NCBI RefSeq assembly: GCF_000181795.1
Contig: NW_003526943.1
Span: 498,487-562,486 of the forward strand
Source of the DNA: Trichinella spiralis
Taxonomy: Eukaryota
Length of the DNA stretch: 64,000 nucleotides
Direction: 5' to 3'
Under the pieces are notes generated by a model, which did not search any database, was not told where the DNA came from, and worked only from the letters and a program-made list of their open reading frames with translations. Shown here piece after piece: positions 53,401-64,000 of this stretch. The position numbers and the translations under genes are program-made. Each line of letters opens with the position of its first letter. Within the stretch, counting starts at the first letter, position 1.

Positions 53401-54416
53401 TTTCAGTGCGTTCAGGCTCTCGCTGTGCTGTTCGTATTTTTCCAAAAGATTTATCGGGTCGTTGCTTAAGATTTGTTTGCGACAGCTGCATAGCTTCTAG
53501 GCTAATCGAGCTATCCTTAATTGTGGTCTTGAAGATTGGTCAGCAAACAAGCAACGCCAGTTGCAGATTTTCGCCTATATAATATAAAAGAAGAAGTGCA
53601 AGTGCCGTTTGGCCAAACAATTTTCTCATTTTGCTTGTTCTAAATCAAACTACGATTTAGTTCATACTAAATCCAGTGCACAGCCAGTGTTGGTTAATTT
53701 CATTTTATACTCCGCTAATTGATGTAAGCGGCTTGTCTACTAATTAGGTTGGTCAGACGGATTCATTGGCGTCTTGTATGCATGCTTTCAAACTCTTTGA
53801 CAATTGAGTAGCATTCTTTTTGTAAACAGAAGTTATTGCTTGTTTGTTTTCAATAAATATTTGCTATTGAGAAAATACATGAAACCGACATTTTCCAATT
53901 TTTAAATAATGTTATAGTGTTGTATTACGTTAGTTCTTTTTTTCTTGTTAAATCATGGCTAATTCTCAAAAATATTGTTTAAAAATTTTTGTACAATTTC
54001 AATTTGTACAATTTGTATTATATAGATGCTCTGTTGATTTATTTATTGAAAAAAGGAATGTTTGATGTTGCAGAAACGACGTAGTTCCGGTGGTCATGGG
54101 TGCACCGAAAGAAGATTATGAACTTCTGATTCCCGCGGGATCTTTTATTCATGTTGATGATTTTTCTGGTCCAAAAGAGCTTGCAAAATTTTTGCAAACA
54201 GTTTCTGCCAATCAGACGCTTTACGAGAGTTACTTTTATTGGAAAAAACGTTACAAATTTGTCGACACACGATTCTGGTGTCGACTATGCGCTGCACTTA
54301 ATCAACCAAAAAGCAGAAGTTACAAAAGCATGCAACGCTGGTGGCTGAACAATAAAACATGCCAACCTCCGAAGTTGACTCGAAACATTAGTCAGCCAGT
54401 TTCCGTTTTCCGTTGA
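50461..54416 (+). CDS. Alpha-1,3-fucosyltransferase (GT10), 2 exons (50461-51311, 54074-54416)
   Basis: N-terminal type II TM anchor, then QIWIFYSLESP, NWTATYRLDSD, AWLVSNC, YKFYLAFENSNCRHYITEKLF.NAL, VVPVVMG, SFIHVDDF and Y..YFYWK. The phase-2 splice CA|gt...cag|A restores Q-NDVVPVV. Confidence 0.95.
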
Positions 54417-55226
54417 CTTATCTGTTTTTTTTATCTTTGCTTATTAAAATATTTAAAAAATTATAATCAAAAAAAATTTTTTTATTGCATTTAAAAAGTC
54501 TTGTTTCTGATGTTTATTTATTCGTTGTATTTACGTTATTTCTCCATTTTGCTATAGCAATACGTTGTTTTAACTCAAAAAATTTTTTGCCAGTTGCAAT
54601 AAAGTTTTCTCGTATATGGCTCGATTTATTTTTCTAACATTTAAAGTAATAATAGGAATGATTTTAATGGCGTAACGTTTCAAAATGATTAGATATGTGA
54701 AGTATGCGTAACTTTTTTCTGATTGATAAGTAGAAAAATGATTGAAAAAAGGAAGCATTTATATGATTTTATGATTGAATGGTAATTGAATTGCAGCATT
54801 AACAACAAACTTTTTTTTGATCATTTATTTTAACTTATGCAAATTATTATATTAAATCCTATTTTTAGTTTATTTATTTATTTATGAAATTCTAATTCTT
54901 AAATAAATTTAGTAGAAATTAATGTTCATTATTCATTTTAATTAATGATTTGATGTTCATTAAGAAAAGGAATGTCGTACGGCAATAGTTTTGAATGCTC
55001 ATTTTTAAATGGTTTATTTTTCCATTTTGGAAATTTCTGGGATACCTTTTATGCAATAGACAAAATTTTCCATATTTGTTTAATTTAATATTTAATAACT
55101 GATAGTTATTTGATAATACCTAAATTATTAAAAAACTAAAGAAAACCACTTTCTGTGATTTATTGCAACAAATTACACGTCACATGTACCAATGATAAAG
55201 CTGATTAAAATAAATTATTAGCATCA

Positions 55227-57058
55227 TCATTGTGAGACACTTTTCACAAAATTCAATAAATTCTTCTGACTCCTGGTTAGATGCTGTGGAATGCAAAGCA
55301 CCTCTTTCACAACTTGAGCAGTATGCTTTGTACAAAATTTGTCACTTACTGGAAATGGTAAAAACGAAGGACCACGAGCAATAAAGAGAGCTTTCATTTC
55401 ATAATGTCCACTTTTGTAGCCATGTTGCCCTTTCAATTTTCCTAAAAATAAATCATAATTAATTGCATTATTTTCCATAAAAAAATTTTTAAACAAATAT
55501 CTTTAATTACTTGGTAGTAATTAAACTGAAATTCGCTCAACTAGTAATATTTTATGAAATAGCAAAACAATTTTTTGAAATTCTTATTGGCATAATTGAT
55601 CAGTTTTATTCATTTCCAATTTCAAAATGTTAAGAATTCAGTTGTTCAAATGTTCAAAAAATTATTTAATATAATGAACATGATAATGAACTTTAGCCAA
55701 AATTTATACCTTTGTAATAAGTGTGTAAAACATAACCTGGTTTAGCCATAATTATAAGTTTTGGTATGCGGCTACTTGCTTGAAAATGGTAACGATCAGG
55801 TAAATTTTCCTTTTCAACGACTTCAAAATAGTTATGCTTATTAAAACTTTTTAAATAAGCCATCACTTCTGTTGTTTTTCCTAAAAATATTTATTACAAA
55901 TAAAAATGAAATAAAGCTTAATAATACAGATAAATATGAAATTTATTTTTCAATTAAATGAAAAGTTCTTTCATTCTACTGTCGAGCAAAATTGGTGCAC
56001 AATTATTAGAATGGCACGGTGCAATTGCTTGCTTGCTTTGCAGAATGTTTTGCTTTCTTCGATGAGGTGTTATAATAAATTTATTATAATGAGAAGATTA
56101 TTATGTTTATTAGAAGTCAAATAAAAGACAGATTGACTTAAATTAATGATTACGTTTTATTTTTAATTTTTAAATGGGAAAACTCTAACAATAATAATGA
56201 AAATTAATGATAAAATTCATTACCTGGATTTGGTTGTATTAACCAGTAGCTGTCATGTTCACTCCAGATTTTAAAATCATGTCTTGGAGGAATAACAACC
56301 TCATCTTTCACCGCTGTCATTCCATGATCAGAAGTAAGGATTATGTTTGCTTTATCATAAAAGTCTGCATGTTGTAAACTAGATATCAGATATCCAATAT
56401 TATTATCTATTTCTAGCAGCTTTCTATCCATATGATGTGAATCAGGGCCATAATGATGACCCGTATAATCTGGTTCTGGAAAATACATAAGAACAAATTC
56501 TACACCATTTTGAAGATATGAAATTAGCTTATCTACTAGATACGCCCACGAATGGCCCATATTAAATGAAACATAATTGGTTAAATTTATTCCATGATAA
56601 GGTTTGTTACATCCAAACCAAGATATGCAAGCAACTTTCGACTGCCCGTGCATTTTTGCATAACTAGCCCAAATTGGTTCACCATGAGCAATTTCCCAAA
56701 ATTCACTGCCACTAATTCCATTTATATGAACAGTTTTTTTCTTTGATGGTATATAGAAATGTTTAGAAACAATACCGTGTTCATCAACATATTTTCCAGT
56801 TGCCATTGTCATGTGATTTGGAAAAGTTATCGATGGGAAAACGCTTCGAATACCGGAGGAAGCATAGGCACTACCCATCATCAAATCTCCAATATAGGTG
56901 ATATGATTTTTCAGAAAAAATAATCTGTTCACATAATCAGCTCGAAATCCATCCAAAGATATTAGAATTGTAATATGTTTTTCGCACTGTTTTGCTAAAG
57001 ATGATAATAAAAATAAGCCAGTAATGTAGACTATTGTTCGAAGCTTGACTGCCTTCAT
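55227..57058 (-). CDS. Secreted ectonucleotide pyrophosphatase/phosphodiesterase (ENPP4-7-like), 3 exons
   Basis: Signal peptide, then ISLDGFR, catalytic TFPNH..ATG, EPIW, YFPEPD..GHHYGP, TSDHGM and GQHGY...MKALFIARGPSF. Confidence 0.92.
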
Positions 57059-59253
57059 TGGAACCAAAAGTGCATTATCTTTAAATGGAATAGCAATAGT
57101 TTATAAAGAAGTGTAGAATACAGACTGTTTAAAAATGCAGTTGATAAGAGAATAGCAATTTCCAGTGTCAGTGTGCGTCACTGCAATTATTTCATTACTT
57201 TATTAGCAATTATTTCCTTGTTATCAATCAGAAGCCATAAACTAGTTTTTGTAGGCGTTTTTAATGACGTTTTGTTTAAAATCTACGCAAGCTAAACGCT
57301 AGTTAATTCAAATGAAGTTGCTGTGTATATGATCAACACTTTATAACCAGAAAAGGATGAAAATTATGCTTCATATAACAAAGAATGAAAAATAAATGGT
57401 TGAAAGTAATGAAGAAATGGGACATACTTTGATTATATTACTAATTTAAATTTCAGTGATCTCCATTTATTTGCTTCTAATATAAACATTGCAATTAATG
57501 ACACTCGATCAAGTAACGATATTTATTTAATATTGACTTGCCTTGTCTGTTTGGAAAATATTGGTTATTCAATCTAACTGCTACGTTTTACTTGCAATTT
57601 TTCATTGAAGTTCAATGAATGTTTGTATTCTGATTTTATGCTTATGCTTATTATATATTGCAAATAAATAATATTATAAATTATGAACAAAAAATAGATA
57701 ATTTAGATAAGAATTATGGATTGCATTAAATAAATAATTAATTAAGAATTATAAAAAAGAAGAATAAAAATGATTATCATTAAAAGTGAAAGTTTGTTGA
57801 TTCTTTTATAAATGGTAAAACGAAAATTACATCACATGTCAATCCCTTTAATGGTTATTGACAATACACTTTTAAAAAAGTAATAAAGTAAATATTAACT
57901 GAATTGGATTTTTGTCTTTATTTAAAAAAAACGTGAAATAATTTTTATCGTAAAAATTTTTAATAAAGTAAATGATAATTTTTGTAATTTTTTGACTAGA
58001 AGGTTTTGAACTGGAAATGAAATTTCATTGCAAATTTAGCATATAGTATAAAAGCAATCAACTGATATAAAAGTCAAAATATTTATCACAATGTGAAACT
58101 ACAAATAACCTGAATAATTTTAATCTTACTGTACCTCTTATTTCAACTTTCTTAACGTTGAATCTAAGTTTGAAAGCTTAGTTTTAGTACTGTTTAACTT
58201 TTCAAAGATTTTAGAATCATGTTTTTACGAAATTGGTAAATCCAGATATAAGTACCTTTTCAATGCTTTTTAGCATTCTCCGTTGCGGTAGTCGTTATTT
58301 CAAGAAGTCGCTGTTTTTGATTATCGACTTGCGTTCGTTTTGAATTTAGGTACATTAATTTTACTTTAATTTAATTAAATTTTGATTAAGTCGTCTGTTC
58401 TTAGTACTGTTTTTATTTTTTTATATTTAATTTGTTTGACGTATTACTTTTGAATGTATTGTTAGCGGATAGTTAATAACTTTGTTATTTTAGCATTTCT
58501 TATGTGAGTTTTTCAAATAAACTAGTTTAAATATGTTTTGTTAAAATTCAGTTGCATTTTTAGCATTTCTATATATGATGATATTCATATTTGATTGTGA
58601 TTTATTTAAAATAAAATTAGAATGAATGCCGAAAATGAAAGAATGCTAAACAGCATATTTTTTTAGCGGAAAAGAGAATAGCACTTTTTACGTAATGCTT
58701 GATTTTTCTCGTCATTTTTATTTGTCAAGGACGGTACATTAACCTTTTTCGTATATGAAAGTAGTGTTACTGCTGAGAAGTTATGAATATCTGTTTTCAT
58801 AACTTTTTTTCGGAATATTTATAAAGATGTAGTTTCAAATTAGTTTTCGTTTTTTTTTGAATTATTAAATTAATATTACTTTGAAACTTTAATTATATTT
58901 TATCTGTTCAATTACTTTTGGTATAAGCAATCAGAAGTGCAATCTTCTTTCTTCAAAGAATTCAGAGTTGATTTTTTTGTTTATTTTATTAGTAGTTAAA
59001 TACATGATAATTTTGATAGATTTTTTAATCAAGTGTTCTTAAAGCTGTACTTTTTATTGCGTTAAATTATTGATTACATTTCGAATAAGTTTTTAATTGT
59101 GTTTTAACATATATCAACGAATTATGTGGATGTTTCAGAAATTAAGCCTATGAAAAAGTTAGCTATTTGAAAAGCGACTTTTCTTTCTTTTAAATTATCT
59201 TTGTACGATTGTGCTTTTTTTCGTCTTACAGTTCCGTATTGGAAAGCGCCGGT

Positions 59254-59919
59254 ATGTTTTGGCTCATATTTGCTGGGATTCTTGCGGTAATAATGCTTTT
59301 GGCAGCATTCGATTTCAATAGATTTCGTATAAAATGGACATCTAAAGATGGACGACAACTGTCAGGAGATTGTCCACCGCCCATGAAACGACGCTATATG
59401 ACTGTTGAACAACTTCGACAGTATGACGGCACTGATGCTGATGGTCGAATTTGTATAGCTGTTAACGGTGATATTTACGATGTGACCCGAAAGAGAGAAC
59501 TTTATGGACAAGGTGCATTTGGAATTTTTAAATAACAAGATATATGGATTTTTCATATAACATGAATGAATGCGTTTTAAAAAGTAAAAAAATTTAGGTG
59601 GACCATATGGCTTATTTGCCGGGAGGGACGCTTCAAGGTGTTTAGCGAAGTTCAGCACTGAAATGGTTCACATTAAAGATACATACGATGATCTTGCAGA
59701 TTTAACTTTGTCTGAAATTAATAGTTTACGTGAATGGGCTATGCAGTTTGCTCGTAAGTTGTACTGTATGTTATACCTTTTAGTGAGCTGAAAAGTTGTC
59801 TTAAAGAAATGTATCCATGCGTGGGCAAACTGCTGAGTTCGAGTGATCAAGCTGACTTTCGAACTGATGATGAAGAAGAAGATTCATCACTCTCTGATTG
59901 TGATGTTGATGATCAGTGA
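59254..59919 (+). CDS. PGRMC: Membrane-associated progesterone receptor component (cytochrome b5-like haem-binding MAPR, vem-1/PGRMC-like); 5' start uncertain
   Basis: TM segment, then [11 protein letters not shown]...[13 protein letters not shown]...[20 protein letters not shown]...YDDL..L...[13 protein letters not shown] and an acidic tail. Confidence 0.9.
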
Positions 59920-60585
59920 TTACTATCTGGGCAAAAGGCCTCATGTATGTCTTATGGTGTCTCAGTTTTCCACCTTTCAACAAAACTAACTGATCATTAA
60001 TTTTTTATAGTAGCATCATTTTAGCTGTAAAAAGATGCCAGCGAAAGTCACTTTGTCACTTCCATTTTTTAATGCTAGGCTCACTTTGTCATATATATAT
60101 ATTTATATTTATGTTTATTTTTTATTTTTTAACGGTGATGTTTTTATTGCTTTCATAATTTTTTACACGTTTGCACCAGAAAAGAGCAGTCTCTAACGTT
60201 TCTTTTTCAAAAGAAAGAATCAGAAATTTTCTTTTGATCTTCTACTAGAGATTCTCTTTTGTGTGTAGTTTTTATTAATCAGCATTTATTTATTAAAGAA
60301 CGCTATGATTAAAAAAGAACAGTATAATTGTTGTTGCATGTACTTGCTGATACACCTGCTGACAGTTAACATGAGTAAATAAGTTATTTATGCTTGATAA
60401 CGTAATTATTAAAAAATGAAGATAAAAATATGCATACTGTATAAAAGCAGTTCTTATTTGTATTTGTTTTGCGCTTAACAACTTTTATTTCTGTGTATTA
60501 CAGTTTAAAAATATGCAATTTTTATTAATAAACATTTGAACAGTTTATGAAAAAAAACATCGTATTATCAGATTAAAATGTTCAT

Positions 60586-63500
60586 TCACAATGTAGCATT
60601 GAAAAGATTGTCGATCGTATTCGCAATGCTTTCCGGAGTGTACTTGAAATATTTGTCGGGATTTTTTGTAAAATTCACCTGACGATACCTGAAAATAAGG
60701 CAAACGATCATTTATTAAAATTTTTCAAACTGAATTTATGTTTCAAATGTTTATTGTCAAAAAAATTATACAACTTCAATTCTACTAATTTACTTTTCGT
60801 AAAATGGTCGATACTTGGACAACACTATCTTCTGGCAATCTTCACGCAACTTGGAAGCTAAATTTACATCCGGTACAACTATGTCACGATGGTCATTAGT
60901 TATCAATTCAAACTGTCGATTGAAATCCTTTAAAAAACAATATTAAAATCATCAATTATTAAACAACGTACAGTAACGAACGCTGAAAACGCTTTTGATT
61001 TGTTCTCGTTCTTTTTCCCTTGGACGTTGATTCAATAACGGTGAAGCCAGGCAATAATTTTGTTGAAAATACGCCAAAATCGCACCCAAATTAATCCAAC
61101 TGAAAATTATTTCAGTAAAAAAAGTTAAATAAATATTTTTATTAATATAAATATATCTTTTGGTAAATTGTTTAAAATAATTTCATGTCATTTTGTATAT
61201 TTAACATAAAAACACATGAATAATAATAATAATAAATACCTTTGCATATACTGAGATTTGAATAAAGCAATTTGATCGTTGTAATACTGTTCAACATCTC
61301 GATTCTGTTCACTGACAACCTGAAGTACGCCTACTTTTCGGATTGTCTTCAAAATGTGACTTGTATTATTCAACATGAACATTGCTTTCAATGAACTGTC
61401 AGTATAGAATTCAGCCTTGTTGCGTAAATTCAAACCAAGCGCCGACAAAACTCTGGCTATAAAACAGTAAATAAATAAATTTTGAATTTTCATATTTTCA
61501 AATTCTACCAAGCAATTTGGGTACTACTGTCGTCGGACTGTCTTTCTGTTGGCTACTCAACACTACTGCTAAAGCTTGGCTTTCGATCATCAGCTGTTCC
61601 AAAAATATCAGTGCCTGCGTATAATAAATAAATGTTTCTTTTCATTACTTATTAAAAATTTTCATCTCTTGCAAACTGTGAAACAATCTTACATTACTGG
61701 TCAATTGATGAACTGTGCAATCTGACGGTATAAATTTTTCTTGATCATTTTTCACGTGATCAACGAACTTCTCCAGTGCATCCACACACTGCAATGCGAA
61801 ATTGAATAATAATTTTTATATTATGACACGAAGGTGCATTTACCGTGGAATCAACAGATTTTAAAATTGTATTAAATCTTTCTTGTAGCGCTGGTTCGGA
61901 AAACTGAAATTCATATTCAAATTAACATAATCTTAAAAAATAGATTCATCACTAAAATTTTCAAAATTTCAACAACTACTACTTTACTTTCATAAATTCT
62001 TTAAATCGATCTTGGCTGCGATGAATGTACTTGGACAAAGGCAAAAGGCAAAATACGGCAGCTAAATCATTACGTCCAAGATTTCGATGAGCTTGCTGCA
62101 AAAATTCCTGAAAAAAAAAAGAAAACTTCACAAACGCATATATTTTTTACAACCAAAAAAAGCAATGACCTTAGCGCAGTCCAAAATATAATTCAGAGGT
62201 TTCACCAAAACAGACTTTAAACAAACATATGCATCAGATTGTGAAAATCTGAACAAATTGTCAACCAATTTTCCTTCGTTCTGCAAAGTGAGTAGAATTC
62301 CAAAAAAAATTTAATACATACAGTAATACTGATGTACAGGTGGATCTTTTTGCATCTTATGCATTTTGCAACAGATATTAATTGACCTGTTATTACCTGA
62401 AACATTACCATGAAGCTTACAAAAAGAAATACCACACTTTCGGCACTGTTCTCAAGCGCACCTTCTTTTGTCACATTTTCCACAGCAAGAGTTACACGTC
62501 GGTTAGCTGAAATTAAATTTTGAAAAATATTCAAATAAAAAAACAACAATCAGCATTACTTAAATCAGCTGAATACTGCCGTAAAGTTTTTCTGTTCAGC
62601 ATCCTTAAAATATAAAAAAACAGTTTTTTATATTACAAAAATGACAAAGAACAAATACGCAAATAAGAATGCACATTAAATTCATGCATTCATTTAAAAA
62701 AAAGAACTAAAATTAAATATTACCAAGCTTTGGAATCCTTACGTGTAGCAGCCTAAAAAAACAATTTTAAATAATTGAAAAGTAAAACAAAAATTTTCTT
62801 TCTTCTTCATTCAAACTATAATTATAATTATATGAAATATTCTCACAAATTGAACTGTAGAATTGAAGGAGTTTTATGAATGAAAAACAATTTATTTATT
62901 AAAAAAAATAATTTTATGAAACAATAATTAAATATAACAAAACTTTTACCGAGTTCAATTTCAATTCCTCTACAGATGCATTGTTTCTAGATGTTTCAAA
63001 AATGCTAAAAATAAAACATTGCTTCATTAAAATAAAATCATTCTTGATTCTGCAACAAAAAGTACAACAATTACAACATAAATATATAAAAGTAATTTTA
63101 ATTTTTTGACAATAAAAACTGTTTTATAAATAAAAAAATAAATAAATAGTTTTTTTTGTCACCTCTTGAGAATTTTCAAAATTGACGTACAAGCTACATC
63201 AGCGTAAATATTTAAATAATCTTTCGTCGGCGAATCGTTAACTAACCAATTGCTCAAAGCTTTCAAATCTTCAGTATCTTCACCTACAGGTACAGAGACG
63301 GATGAATATAGAATACAAAACAACCGACTCTAGAAATGCATACCCAAAATTAAGTGCAACAAATCAACATCTTTACGAATCTCTTGAACAACAATGAATT
63401 GAAAAAAATGTAATTTGAACATCAGCAATAAAAAGAAATATAAAATTCAACACTGCACCATAACTGTCGTCAATTGATGCGAGAACTTGGGCTGCTGAAA

Positions 63501-64000
63501 AATTTGCACGATTTCTTCGTAATAGAACTTTAAACTCTTGTTCCAATGCGGTGCATCCGAAATTGAAAGTCGTTTCCTGTCATAAAAATAAAGGAGCCGT
63601 GTCATAAAAAAATAAATCACAGAAGCTACATTTTCCTCGTCATCTTACCACACGTTCTAACTGACTTTTGTGAATTTCGTTCGATGAAAAAAACTCCATT
63701 GCTGATTTTAATTTTTCCATCATCTTAATATATTTGATCACGTTTTCAGCCGGACTGAACAACGAAAAAAACAACATTAAATTATACACGATTATATGCG
63801 GTGATGACAACGTACGACATATCTTTGAGCACAGCATCCGTTTCATTGGCAGTGTTGTAGTGCTTGAGAGTCTGGTCGATCAGTTTCAAAGTTGAAACAA
63901 CATCTGTAAAAGTCATTTTCATCACAATGGTCCACAAAGTGCACCGTAAATTACAGTACTGTGTTGTTTTTGTTGCAATGCACCAGTCTTCTTGTACAAA
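60586..64000 (-). CDS. EXOC7: Exocyst complex component 7 (Exo70), multi-exon, 5' end beyond the window
   Basis: PSDCTVHQLTSN, RVLSALGLNLRNKAEFYTDSSLKAMFMLNN, KEREQIKSVFS, and the C-terminal FTKNPDKYFKYTPESIANTIDNLFN. Confidence 0.92.

Noticed and set aside
63578..63616. Short tandem duplication TGTCATAAAAA(A)ATAAA near an Exo70 acceptor
   Set aside because: A small local slippage duplication; the second copy lacks the AG and should not alter splicing.
1..64000. CRISPR array, rRNA, prophage or prokaryotic defence system
   Set aside because: No regularly spaced repeats or prokaryotic gene architecture; all recognisable genes are eukaryotic and nearly all are spliced.

Overview
AT-rich, intron-dense eukaryotic DNA with short GT-AG introns and TTTCAG-like acceptors. 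It is probably a clade I nematode such as Trichinella; this is inferred from a histidine-less DNase II-like gene and an apparent operon, not established. Manual exon joining gives 14 protein-coding genes: a secreted PAN/Apple-domain protein (runs off the left edge), an S9 peptidase, a divergent HSF-domain transcription factor, a mini SANT/zinc-finger protein, bestrophin, DNase II-like, PRPSAP, THOC3, a 7-Ig VEGFR-type receptor kinase, an NPY-type GPCR, MKK4, an alpha-1,3-fucosyltransferase, an ENPP phosphodiesterase and PGRMC. A partial Exo70 runs off the right edge, and there is one tRNA-Ser(AGA). Most ORF-track entries are exon fragments or spurious. The best unexplained items are a 288-bp hAT/Charlie-type MITE with an intact 8-bp target duplication, the degraded intronless ORF beside it, a stripped-down ELM2-stub/SANT/zinc-finger gene head-to-head with the HSF-domain gene with a hairpin between them, an exact 34-bp duplication of a splice-donor region, and a probable PRPSAP-THOC3 operon. 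No CRISPR, rRNA or prokaryotic system is visible, and I cannot support a clearly new multi-gene system. Exon boundaries are manual and approximate.
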